This document shows positions 11,856 to 24,299 of a stretch of DNA of 64,000 bases, in pieces. Below the pieces are notes generated by a model. It saw nothing but the letters and a program-made list of their open reading frames with translations, made no database searches and was not told the DNA's origin. Source of the stretch: Curvularia clavata. Lineage: Eukaryota. Positions within the stretch are counted from its first letter, which is position 1; every line of letters starts with the position of its first letter. A program made the position numbers and the translations under genes. Location: positions 1,612,001 to 1,676,000 of the forward strand of contig CP089280.1 in NCBI GenBank assembly GCA_023920165.1. Direction: 5' to 3'.

Positions 11856-12706
11856 CTAAAGCATCAGTGCAGCGCCGAGGAGGACCAGAGGCAAAGCCAG
11901 AGGAGCTGCTGAAAAAGACGATGGCGCACCGTTTGCAGGGGGAGCATCTGCAGGACCGGTAGGCGAGGCGCTGGAGGAACCAGCAGAGCGGGAGGCCGAT
12001 GCACCGTTGGAGCCAGAGCCAGAAGAAGTAGGTGTAGCAGAGCCAGAAGAAGCACCTGAAGTCAAAGAGGCCGTGCTGTTAGCACCGCTTGTAGTGCTGA
12101 CAGAAAGGGTGCTCAAGCTCTCAGATGCTGAGGCTGATGCGGTGCTGCTCATGGCGCCGCTGCTTGCGGACGAAGACTTTGCGCTCTCGTCGAAGATGGC
12201 TTGGATGCGGATCTCGTGGCACTGGCCGCCGATGGACTCGTCGTACAGGTTGCCAAATGCACCGCTCATGCAGCGCCACCAGCGGGTGCTGCCGCCAATG
12301 GCGAGCGAGTCGTTTGCACAGACGGAGAAACCACCAGTATAGATTGCGCCGGCCTGCGGAGGGCCGTCGAATTGAAATTGGCGGTTGGCGACAATGGAGC
12401 CTGTGCGGTGGAACTGGTCGTGCAGGATACCGTCTTTGAGGGTGCAGAGGAGATCACCATCTGAGGCCTGGTACAACAAGCACGTTAGTACATGATATCC
12501 TGTAGAGGTGTAGATAGCAAACATACCTCTTGAGCTGTCTCACGCTTGAGCGACGGGTTCTCGAGTGTTCCTATCCTAAACGGTGTGTCGACGGTGGTCT
12601 TGCAGCCCTCAGGAGTGGCAGCGTCGGGAGCAATGCCCTCCTCGACTGCTTGGCCCAATGCCGTAGCAGCGAGGAAGATGGGAGCAAACAAGGTCGAAGT
12701 GCGCAT
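11856..12706 (-). CDS. PIR/CIS3-domain cell wall mannoprotein with predicted GPI anchor, 2 exons
   Basis: Signal peptide MRTSTLFAPIFLAATALG, KR site, PIR C-terminal domain motif GSIVANRQFQFDGPPQAGAIYTGGFSVC..WRCMSGAFGNLYDESIGGQC, S/T-rich stalk, NGA plus hydrophobic C-terminus. Intron 12526-12468. Confidence 0.88.
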
Positions 12707-13634
12707 GTTGAGCGGTGGCGGACAACTGTGCGAGACGTGCTGAACCACAAGAGTGTTATCTGCGTTATCGTGTTGAATTACTCGTTGAGAAGAAGAGGGA
12801 CTCGCGGTATTACGGTTGACCCAAAAACGTGCAAGCGCGACAAATAATCAGGATTAATCCAGAAGAATAGCAGAGCACCGCAGAGCTGGATTGCCGGGGA
12901 AGATGATGGGGAAGAGAAGAAGTGGTAGGGAAGAAAGAGAGAAGAGGTTGGTGACCCAGCCCGCACATATTTGTCTAGAGCAGCCTTGCACGCGCCTGCC
13001 ACCCCCCAAGTCCCCCCCAGCCCGGCAATGGCAGCGCAAAGCAAGGCCAGCGAGGGCAAAAGCAAGTTGTACCTGCAGATCGACGCCCAAAGGGGCAAAG
13101 GCCAACGCGTGGACTCGACGTCGGTGGGGCCCTTGCGTAGCTTGCGTCGCTATAGCTATCGAATCGACGAGATTGTTTAGATTGCATCGATATCACCCAT
13201 GGAAGACGGCCGGGGGAGGACAAGGGACAGAGACGGCGCGCATCGTGGCGTCGTGCGCCAGGGGACGATGAGGCCGACTGCATGCGCGCTGGAATGGAAA
13301 TACGTGGCGCCTGGATCAGCAAAAAGACGTTTGCTCTGCTCAACGGCGAAACGGGAGGCTAGAGACGAGTGTACAGTAGTCGTGCCGTGGTGTGGTGTGG
13401 TGGGGCTCGCAGGTACCCGCTGTCCGCCCGGCACTGGGGGACAAGGAACAGCCAAGCTCGCCATATCAGACGGCCCAGTGAGATGCATGTGAAACTAGAA
13501 ACAAACACAAAATGCATGCATATGCAAGATTGCAACACTGCACTCGCCGTCGCTCGCTACGCCCCATGCGGCCCTCCTGCTACACAAAAACACCGCGAGC
13601 CTCCTCGTCGTTCTTGTCCGCCCTCATCCTTTCA

Positions 13635-15061
13635 TCACCCGCTCGCCGCCATGGCCGCCCTCGTCTCCTCGCATGCCTGGGCAATTGCATACCCTCGCAG
13701 CTCGCCCGCCCTGGCTCGTAGCGCCGGGTCCACGGTTCTGTCCAGCTTGTTGAGGTCCGGATGCCCTGCCACCCCTGCCTGATAACTGTCCGCGCACACG
13801 GCTGCCACGGCTTCGCCAAGCGAGTCGCCTGCTCGCATGGCTTCGACGAACAAGAACTTGTACCACCCGGCTCGGTTCAGGGCAGGCGTGTAGCTTGTCT
13901 GCGATGCTGCGCTGCTCTCGCTGACTCTGACGTGCTGCCCATGTGTCTGCTTGCTGAAGCTCCAAATGGGCGCCAGTGCCGCCTGGCAAGGCACCATAAC
14001 ATGCGGGATCCCCTCTATACTCCACATTTTGGCAAACGCGCCGTACGACTGGTGTGAAAATACGCCTGGTGGAAGTTAGCACGTCATGCCGCGGACGCTC
14101 TGGACACCATCACTCACGCTTCTCATCGTCACTCAGTTTCATCAAGCCGCTGCCCATGATCTTTGACCCTTCCAGCAGGCCCGTGTTTCTGGGCTCAAAC
14201 TTGGCATCCAATGCATCGAAAAGCAAGTCAGCCAAGACGTAGAATTCATCCGTCGGGCTTTCTGTAGCCGTGTCTGCCAGCCTCCATACACCAGTCTGCG
14301 ACTCGCCACTCGCGCCTGCATCTGGACGAACTTTGCTGACCTGCAATGGCTTCGGGCTGAGTTGGAGACTATCTAGGTCTGCAGGTAATTCTACAGCATA
14401 CACGGGCGATACAGGTGCGGCAGTACTGGTCCAGTGCTGATGTTGCTCTTGGCTGGCTGCCACGCCCAGAGCAGCACCATGCTGCGAAGCATACATTGGC
14501 GAACTTGGCTGTTGTCCAGGCACAGTTGCACTCTGCGTCACTGCACCCGAACTACCCCATGCCGATTGTGGATGCTGTGGAGATTGGCCTGTCATCGGCG
14601 GAGGTGAATTCGCGACGACATGTGGCATACCCGGGGCACTCTGTACACCCGCAATTACTCCTGTCTCCTGTCCAGCCCATGAGCCTTGGAGTTCTTGGAC
14701 CGCTGGTTGTTGGTACTGACTCTGTCCAACATGGCCGTATCCCTGTTGCCCGTAGGTTTGTGGCTGCCCGACTGCGTGAGCATGTTGTGGTGGATAATAG
14801 CCCGATGTCGTGTTAGGCAACGGCGGCGTGTAGGACTGAGAGACTGGCGGTGGTTGTGTCTGCTGCGGCGAGTAACTGGGCTGCGCTGTGTGACTTGGAG
14901 CAGCTGTGAAGTAACTCGATTGCTGGTACGGAGCGGAATGTGCCTGTTGTTGGTACGGGCTCGCTGGTGGGGGTGGAGAAGGATGTTGCGGCTGACCCCA
15001 CTGCTGCGGTGGTGGCGGCGGCGGTGGTGGTGGTGATGTTTGTTGATGTTGTTGTTGGTGT

Positions 15062-15099
<38 letters not shown>

Positions 15100-15495
15100 A
15101 TGCTGCGGCTGGGGACTAGCAACCGTCCCTGTTGACTGCTGATAAGACGGCTTCTGATTTGCGTGCGCATACTGCCCCTGATAGGCTTGCTGACTCTGAA
15201 CCGGTTGTGTATTACCACCACTACTACCCCCAGAAAAAGGTATACTATTCCCAAATCTTGAGCTAAGACTCTTGCCCAGCTTGTTGAACATAGGCTTCCC
15301 ATTCGACAAACCCTGGTTTACCATCTGTCCAAGCATGGCAACGGGCCTGGGCCCAAACCCTGTTGCCACGGCATTGTTGTTCGTCTGGTATGGCGGGGGC
15401 GGTTGCTGCTGCTGCTGCTGCTGCTGCTGATGTGGTGTAGGAGGTTTACCCTGGTTAGGAGGAACATAGGGGCTTGGCGACCCGTACTGTGACAT
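13635..15495 (-). CDS. Q/P-rich low-complexity protein with an unrecognised globular C-terminal domain, 2 exons
   Basis: 461-aa ORF 14110-15495 splices (GTGAGT..GCTAAC..CCAG, about 14117-14066) into the frame of ORF 13635-14027 (...EKRVFSHQSYGAFAKMWSIEGIPH...). Confidence 0.75.
15000..15105 (-). repeat. CAG/CAA/CCA trinucleotide repeats encoding polyQ and polyP tracts
   Basis: (TGC)n run on the + strand at about 15065-15098 and adjacent (TGT)/(TGG) repeats. A second (TGC)n run lies at about 15404-15429. Confidence 0.9.
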
Positions 15496-15961
15496 GACGA
15501 GATGCGTGCTTACGACAGGAATAGCTATGTAAACAACAGAAAAAAATCGGGAACTTTGAGAGAGGTTTCTAAATTAGATAGAGCGGACACTTCAGCTCTT
15601 AAGGCGCCCCGCTGAGGCAACCATCCCGCGCGGAGCCATATATAGCGAGTCGGGCCTGCGTGCAGCCGCAGTGTAGAGGACGCTTTGGGCGGTGCGAGGG
15701 CGGCCTAGGCTTAACTTAGCGAGCTCTGCGAGGGCGTTTTGGGGGCTAGCGCGGCGATCAAAGGGGGTAGGGGATTTTGTGTAAAGCTGTGCAAGAACTT
15801 GAGGGGTAGTTATTCTTCGAGGAAAATGGATTCGGACTGAAGTGTTTCTAAAGGAAGAGCGTAAAAAAGGTCGTGAAGGTAGCGGATGTGCTTTTAAGTA
15901 TCGAATTAGGGGATGCGTGATTGGCTACATCGTGAGCTAGCCTAGGGAGAAAAAAAAGTGC

Positions 15962-17230
15962 TCAATGTAAAGCAGAATCTACGCGGCTCATAGCCGCTCC
16001 CACCTCCACCAAAATCTTGACTTGATTCTCCTTGTCGTGGACAAGGGCCTTGATACCCCTTTCAACTAGGTCATCTAGTTGAATCCTTCTCGTAATCATC
16101 TTGCTCGGTTTCAACTTGCCTGCAACGAAGTGTCAGCGTCAATTTCGTTATATTTCCACTCAATCGCATCACAAAACTCACCCTCAGCCAACAAATTCAC
16201 CACAGCCTGAAAATCTTCCCTCCGGTATCCTAACACAGCCGTATACTTTGACTCCCTAAACACCAGCAAATTCGGATTGAAAGGAACCTCCTTCTCCCAA
16301 ATCGCCACATTGACGATTGTGCCTCTGGGTTTCACAGCCATACAAGCCGTATTAAGACTCGCTGGTACACCCGCGCAGTCAAACACTACATCCGGACCGC
16401 GTTCATTGCTGAGCGCCCTGCTCATCTTCACAATGTCGTACGTTTTAGGACACAAAACATGATGGGCACCGAATTCCCTGGCGAAACGCTGGCGCGCGCC
16501 TGATATCTCGCTCATGATAATTTTCTGTACGCCCTTGGCGACGAGACATTGAACGATGGCGAGGCCAATGGGTCCGCCGCCTAGGACTAGGACGATCGAG
16601 TCGGGCATCAGCGGTGCGGCGGAAACTGCGTGCCATGCGACGCTCAACGGTTCGACGAGGGCGCCAACGTCGAGGGGGACGTTATCGGGTAAGTTTAGGA
16701 CTGCATCTTCGGGGACTGCAGAAAAGGTCAGAGAGAAGACAGTGCAAGGCAAGCACATTCAAACATACCGACGACGGATTCACTAAGACCACCACCTCCG
16801 CCTGAGAGGCCAATGAATCCTCCATTAAAACAAACGTTTTCAGAACCTGCTTTACATGCCTCGCAAACACCACAATATATAGTCGGCTGGATGCAGACGT
16901 TCTGGCCGACAGAGAATGCGGAATCAGGCGATCCGACTTCAGTGATAGTGCCTGAGAATTCGTGGCCGAGCGTAATGGGTATCTTGTCATTCGTACATGG
17001 ATGAGGCTCTGTGGGAGCAAACGTCGGCCCACCGAGATATTCATGGAGGTCGGTGCCGCAGATGCCTACATAGGCCGGGGCAATCTGTGGTCAAGGGCAT
17101 TAGTATCGACTGCTTGCTCCTATACATGAATCTTGGAGAATCGTACTCTGACTTGTCCCGCTCCGCACTTCTGCTGCTCCACATCCTCAATCCGAATATC
17201 CTCTTTTCCGTAGTATCGTGCTGCGCGCAT
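15962..17230 (-). CDS. Zinc-dependent MDR dehydrogenase, (R,R)-butanediol dehydrogenase-like, 4 exons
   Basis: MRAARYYGKEDIRIEDV, GICGTDLHEYLGGP, ITLGHEFSG, structural Zn Cys cluster, ALVEPLSVAWHAV, VLGGGPIG, DVVFDCAG, QVKILVEV. Confidence 0.9.
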
Positions 17231-20200
17231 GCTGGTATTGGATTGGTGTGTCGAGTAGTTGTAGTCGGGGTGGCAGTCCCAGAGCTTGATTCCCATGCAC
17301 TTGTCTCGCGGTCGACAACGGCCGTCACAAAGGCGCTTTCAATGGCGGACATTTCCTCCCTATTTTACCAAATGTACTAGGCTACCTCGGTTCCGCAGCT
17401 GTTGGGGAAAGATGTGCACAAGGCATGCGTCCCCTCCTTACTTAGATCCATGTGATCAGTTATACCCCACTGTGTCTGCTGTGCTACGCTGATATCAGGA
17501 GTGCGCAACTACGATCCGGATTCAGGTCCGGGTGCGTCGGCGTTCAGGGCGGCTCGCATTGGGTGAGGTCTCGCGTCCGCTTGGGCATCGGATGCGGATC
17601 AAAGAAGGCATTGGAAGACGAGTGTCACCCCTCTCGCACTACGTCCTTCGACCCGGTATTCCGTGTCCATTTTAGACATTCGGGGCAATGGGCGGAGATA
17701 AAACGGGGCTCGCACTAGGGTTTGCGGGGGCGGGGAAATTGTGGAATGCCTAGCTTTGGCAACCCGGGGCCTGGGCTTCGTTTTTTCTCCTTCCTTCCGC
17801 AGCCCAACAATGCCCGCCGGAAGGGGTGCAATCGGGAGCGGGTGAATGTTGGGACTGATTGAGACACACGTGTTGGTTGAAGGGGTCATGCCACTGACGT
17901 ATGCGTGCAAAGGGGAATGTCTCAGAAATCAACTTTCCCCTTGGCTCACGTGAGCTCACACCATGTCTGATGGTGTTGTTTAAGTCTACTCTCTTCTTAT
18001 TCTACATATAAGCCGCCTCTTCTCTGTTAGTGAGCTCTGAACCTGTTTTCACCCTTGTCAGTATCGTCATCATCTAGACAACAACAGATCGAGCAGATTG
18101 AGGTTCGATTGTCGTTTTCGTCAGCTTGTCATTTCGAGGACAGTCCAAGAGGCTCTAAAGGCGATCTGCAATGCTTTGTTTAATTTCTTTGTATGGGGGC
18201 AGGAGAGAGTAATATCTGTTGTACAACCTGGTCCGGCGAGCGATATCGCAAACATGAAGACATCGGTGCTTACTGCGGTGTTGCTTTGATGACGGAGTAA
18301 GAAATAGACATCATACTGGGATATGGTAGTTCTAGTTAGGTGAGTACTGGAATTCAAACGTATCCTAACCCCCAGTAGGTACGGTAGGACCCGTTGATGC
18401 TTTCTGTTCTGACTGTACCTTTGCCTGTGTAAGCCATCAACACTTCGTCAGCATCTCGTGTACTCCATGATATCAATGCCGAGGTCTTTTCCATCCTCCG
18501 AAGAAAATCAGAATAGCTCTTCTGATACCGTGGCCAATGCTCCCAGCGATTAGTTCCTCGCAGCCATTGCAGACGCCCTGCGATGCCTCCAAAGTCAAGT
18601 ATGAACTGGGTCTTCTCACTTGGAAATCAACGATCAAACGCTTCCTTTCTATGAGCGGTTCCTCCCAAACAAGGCAACAATCCATCCCACTACCAACCAA
18701 AGTCGAACAACACAATAACCGGCACATCCCGCGCTGACCGGTCCAGATGGCTGATCAAGCCATCCAGAGCTGAGCGGGTGGTCTTTTAAAACCGCGGAGA
18801 AAAGGAATAAAGCCCACGACGCGGCGATTGTTACGTATTTCGCTTGGAATTTCAATAGGAATGTCTCGGCAACTGCGGTTCGTAGACTTGTTTCGGAGTT
18901 CGACCCGATATGCCTACAGCAGTCGAGTAATACCGAGGCGGAGAAGAGTACATGGTTGATGCTGGGTTGCGCAAGCCAGGCTGAAAACCGTTGTGCAACA
19001 CCGATGCCACAAGTATCTTTCGGGAAATACTTGGGACCTTCCAGTAATCATTTGGCTACTTCTAGCCATGCAGAGGTCATATTGAAGTGATACTCGGTTA
19101 GGACCAATGGATTAAGCCAATCCCCGCAGGATGTGAAGATCGTCGCATCAAATCAACGGAGCAAATTGAATTGGTCATGGGCGATAATCACCGGTGACAG
19201 CTATATTCATGACACATGAATGTCGCGATATAGCTGTCCAGGCAGAACGTCTTCATAATCGAGACCCCTGACTCGGTCCTAGCATTGCCAAGATCGGACA
19301 CGGACGGTGCGTTTGCCGAACCGATGCATGTCAAGTCGACTTGGGTCCTTCAAATTGGTATATAAGTCCGGGCCAGTTTCCACAATGCTAATATAGATGA
19401 CGTGTCCTATGTTCTTATGCTAGAACTTGTCAGTATGCAATTGGAGTGCATCATAGGCTGACCTGTACAAATCTCAGCCAGCCAGGTGAGACGTTGTCAA
19501 GACAACCAGCGGCAGGGGAGCCGTTAGAGATTGCGGTCATTGAACGAAGCTTCGAGTAAACCCTGCCTCACTACTGGCTCAGCTTATGACAAAAGTCAGG
19601 AGGAAAGGCATAGCTGCGGGAACTAGTGAGGAAGTGATCGCCATCCCGTCCCTCACGACGTCATAGAGTGGCGGACTACACGCGTTTTTCGTCATTCTAG
19701 ACGCCAAGAGAAGGCGGGTACGATGAATTATCCCTGCAGCAAATCCTGACACAACCAACGCGCGGCTATGCTGGCGATAAGGTCTCCACTGCTTCAGACA
19801 TGTTGGAGTAAATTATGGTCTTGGGATGGAAGCAACAGGGTGTATCGCGACACACAGGGCGTAAACTAGTTATAGTCGATCAGTTCGCTCGATCCCGCCT
19901 GTCGTTCCTCGGATCGCGAGTTCAGACTTTTTTCTTCAGCACGGAAACTACCGTCCCAATTCTACGGAACACCAAGGGCGCCTGTTGGTGATTGCCGGTT
20001 CACACGGAGCAACTGCGGCCATGCTTCGAGTGTCGGTGTCAGGCAGCCCAACCATGATGCAGGGGCGACAATTTAGATGCGGTCATCGGCTGCAGACAGG
20101 GCCTCGGACGGGGTTGACCGAAGACTGACCGAGAGGCATTTGTTCGCATAGTCTTCTGTTGTAGAGGACGTGGAGGTGTCTGTTTCACCGTCCACTGACT

Positions 20201-20312
20201 TCTTCACTCTGCCAGCCACCAGATGCCATCTGCTTTGGATACAGTCTTCTCAGCCCACACACGCCTCAACTTCTCGAGGCATCCTTGACGTTGGGCACCT
20301 GTTGTCACAGCC

Positions 20313-23300
20313 ATGTCCACCGAGCTGGAGACTGCCGAACATGCAGGAGGTAAATCTCATCTTTCTTTCCTCACTGAACCGACCGGGGATTCCGCCATAG
20401 ACTCAGACCTCCAATATATACGCGAACTCAATTGGGCGGATACCGCTCCTGGCCCCATCACAGAATGGCCACGCGAATTGCTGGTGCTTATCAACCTGGC
20501 CATGCTCAGCCCACAGCCGCAACTGTTTTTATTGGGTCGTGACTCGACCATCTTGTACAACACAGCTTATGGCAGGTTACTCCGCGATTATCATCCACTA
20601 TACCAAGGAAGACCGATAGCCCTCAATACAGCCCTAGTTGGACAGGGGCCGGCAATTCCGAGAATAACCCAAGCAGCAAAGGACGGGTCTGACACGGACA
20701 GCGAACATCACATACCATGTTTCTTTCCTCAACATGGTATACTTCAGGAGGTGTTCCTCTCAGCCACCATGGTAAAATTACCAGTATCCTTGGATGGCTA
20801 CCACGTCACAGCGTACGATGTTACTAAAGAAGTGGTACAGAGGCGTCGAGAACGATCTCTAGATCACATTCGTTGTGCTTCCAAGGATTCCACAGAGCTG
20901 ACTGCCCTTTGGACCTCGATCTTGCAGGGCATATCGAATGGGAATGGCGATATTTCGTTTGCTGCTATATACTATGCCGACAGTAAGCTTGTGCGTGAAA
21001 AGGAGACCGGATTTATATCAAATAAAGTCAGCACCGAGGAATTTGTCCTCGCCGGGACTGTCGGCTCCTTTACAACTCCGCTCCCATCCAGGATTAAGCG
21101 CGGTGAATCACAAGCATGGATCAAGAGTATCTACAAAGCCGTTGATACACGTACCCCCGAGCTTCTTCAGGCAGCAGACGAGACTTTGCCGCAAACAATG
21201 TGTCAGGCATCTAGAGACCGATGCTATGGGGATGATTGTCACCAAGCTGTGATCCTTCCCAGCATCATGAACGAGTCTGGAAGTGTTCATGCTACTTTGA
21301 TCCTCGGACTTGCACCGCGATGTCCTTATGATGCTTCCTACCAAGCGTGGGTGGGAACCCTCCATCAACACTTTTGCAGCAGTGCAGCCGCAGTCACCAT
21401 GGCGGAAGCACAGAAGCTGGCTAAAGAGAATGACCAGAAATTGATAGAAAAGGAAAAGGAAATGCTTGCAAAGCAGATGCAACTGAAGCAACAGGAAGCT
21501 GCACTAGCAACAGGCAAGCTGCAGCGTATGCTGGACGTGATTCAAGCAGCCAGGTTAGTTCTCCTGCACCTATTGACAAGCTATGCTGACTTTTTAGTAA
21601 AAGCATTGGTTTTTTTGAGTGTACCACATCGGGAAACATAACACAGACTAATGTGAGAAAAGATTGCGATCTCCTACACAAACACTGACAATAAACAGGA
21701 GGCATTTTGCGATTTGAGTGGTTGTTCCAGAGACCTCAGTGTACAGTACCAGACGGTGCTAATGGAGCTTTGTGAGGAAGAAGACGAGGCAACACTGACA
21801 TCTCACTGGCAAACTTTAATTGCCGGCCGGTCGACAACTCTTTCAGTAAGATTTCGGGCTTGTGAGCAGGAAAGACAGTGGGTGCAGATAGCCTGCGTTC
21901 CTGTCCTTGATGATTCCCTCGGTGTTGTGAGCATTACAGGTTGTGTAACCACCCTCGACGCACATCAGAAGGCAGAGCACGAGGCTGCTATCAACCATGC
22001 TAAATCCTCGGAGCAAAATCGCTTAAGCGAATCTCGCCTTTTGAACTTCATTGAAAATGCGCCTATTGGAATCCTGATGTTTGATCAGAACAGAACGCCC
22101 TCGTTCGTCAACAAGACCTGGTTTCATATGACAGGACATTCTCCAGTGTCAGCAAAAAGTATACAAGTCGATTCCATCATCTTTCCCGAGGATGTCTCAG
22201 TGTTCAATGCACGCCTGGATGAGGCATCCAAAACGGGCAAATCGGACAGCTTTCCGATCAGGCTCAAGGACTTCCGCAGGAAGGCCTCTGGTCTCTCAGA
22301 GCATACATGGGTGCAGTTCGTAGTTTTCTCAGAAACGCTGGACAATGGCGGCTTTCAAATCACGACTATAATTACCGACATCAGTGAGTTGAAGGGTATC
22401 GAAGCTTTACAGCGTGCAAAGCTTGAGGAAGCCATCGAAGCCAAGCGGCAACAAGAAAAGTACGTTGTCCTCAACCCAATATTGTGTTATCTATCTGACA
22501 CTTCATAGTTTTGTAGATATGACCAGTCACGAGGTATGCTTTTTACTTGATTTAGTACATCTCTGCGTCTAACATATGGTAGATACGGAACCCCCTGAGC
22601 GCCGTCATGCATTGCACGGACTCATTGACGCATTCACTTTCTGAAATCAAAGTGACACTTGATCACGCAAGCCGTCTAGCTACAGGAGATGATGATATCG
22701 CAGTGACTATGAAACGACTTCGAGGTTATACTAGCAATATGGTCGAAGCTGCGGATACCATCATGTCTTGTACTGTGCACCAGAAGCGAATCATCGACGA
22801 TATCCTCTCACTTTCAAAGCTTGACTCTAACCTCTTGGAGATATGCCCATCGGCTTTTCAGGTGAAAGCCTTTCTCGATCAGGTCGAGAGTACATTCAGG
22901 TTCGAAGCCTCACAGGCCGGTGTTACGTTCACAACGATACCTGATCCTTCCCTGAGCCGGCTTGGCATTGATTGGATCGAAGCAGATCGCGGTAGGATGA
23001 TGCAAGTACTTGTCAACTTGGTGGTTAACGCTATCAAGTTCACGAAAGATAGCTCTGGGAAGAGAGCTGTCACTCTCCGTGTCGGCGCTTCCTCTTCGCG
23101 CCCTGCAGATGTGTTTGCCGACCTCATGATGGTGGCATCGCCATCGCCTTCACAACAGAATGAATCGAAAGCTGCCACAGCGGCAAATGGGCAGGAGCTT
23201 TACCTGTGGTGCAGCGTCGAGGATACGGGCTGCGGTATGGACTCGGCTTCCATGAAACGTATTTTCTCTCGATTTATACAAGCTTCGCCCAAAACATACA

Positions 23301-24001
23301 GCAAGTACGGTGGTTCTGGCCTAGGGCTATTCATCAGCCGGAAATTGGTAGCTTTACAAGGCGGTGAGATTGGCTTTGCGTCACAAGAAAATGTAGGATC
23401 GACTTTTGCCTTTTACGCCAAAGCCTCAAAAGCAGCTCCACCAGAAACCGTTACGACGTCTACCTCACCCAAAAAGTCTGGAGAAACCAAGAGTACTAAC
23501 TATCCACACTCTCCGGTCAAATCCGAAATCGCAGAGACTCAGGAGAAATCACAATTAAGCGTTCTCCTTGTCGAAGATAACGCAGTCAATCAGCGTGTCT
23601 TGAAGAAGCAGCTACAGCAACACGGGTACATTGTCCACACGGCAGACAATGGCCGAAGAGCCCTTGAATTCGTCAAGACTTCCCGGCACTGGAAGGATCG
23701 CAGTGATACGACCGCCACAGCCCCAAGCATCGATGTCATCCTCATGGACGTGGAAATGCCCGTCATGAATGGTCTCGAATGTGCGAAGATGATACGTGCT
23801 GCGCAGATTGACAAACAAATTAACAAACACATCGGAATGGTTGCAGTCACTGCAAACGCAAGACCTGAACAGCTGAAGTATGCTACGGAGGCCGGGATGG
23901 ACGAAGCAATCTCTAAACCTTTTCGAGTACAGGACTTGATACGCGTCATAGACAGGCTAGGTGCGCTGGGACGAGGTGATGGCATTCAGCCAGGCACATG
24001 A
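20313..24001 (+). CDS. Hybrid sensor histidine kinase (PAS-like/PAS - HisKA - HATPase_c - receiver), 5 exons
   Basis: NWADT..GPI.EWP N-terminal motif. H-box FVDMTSHEIRNPLSAV after splicing, N-box QVLVNLVVNAIKFT, G1 VEDTGCGM, G2 YGGSGLGLFIS. Receiver VLLVEDN..ILMDVEMPVMNG..TANA..SKPF. Introns about 21554-21597, 21653-21699, 22460-22508, 22534-22582. Confidence 0.93.
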
Positions 24002-24299
24002 ATGCACGGGTCGCTGTATATGCGGCTCTACGAAGCTCTTAATATCAATTTAATATTCCATCGGTCGCATCCATAGCATCCTTGCGTTTGCAAGCCGGAT
24101 TAGGGTGCCCACTTAAGTGAGTGGTGAGGGTGAAATTGCGCCACCATATCTAGACCTCATCATGAATGAGTTGCGCTCCCATCGCGTATATCAAACCACA
24201 TCTTACCAGCAACCTGCATACATACCTTCGACTATATCATACCACGCACGGTACAGTACTATCAACTGCTTTTAACCCGCCAACACTGATCAATGACAG

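Noticed and set aside
12778..13620. Many overlapping 70-137 aa ORFs upstream of the PIR gene
   Set aside because: GC-rich promoter/terminator DNA gives stop-poor frames; no coherent codon bias or motif.
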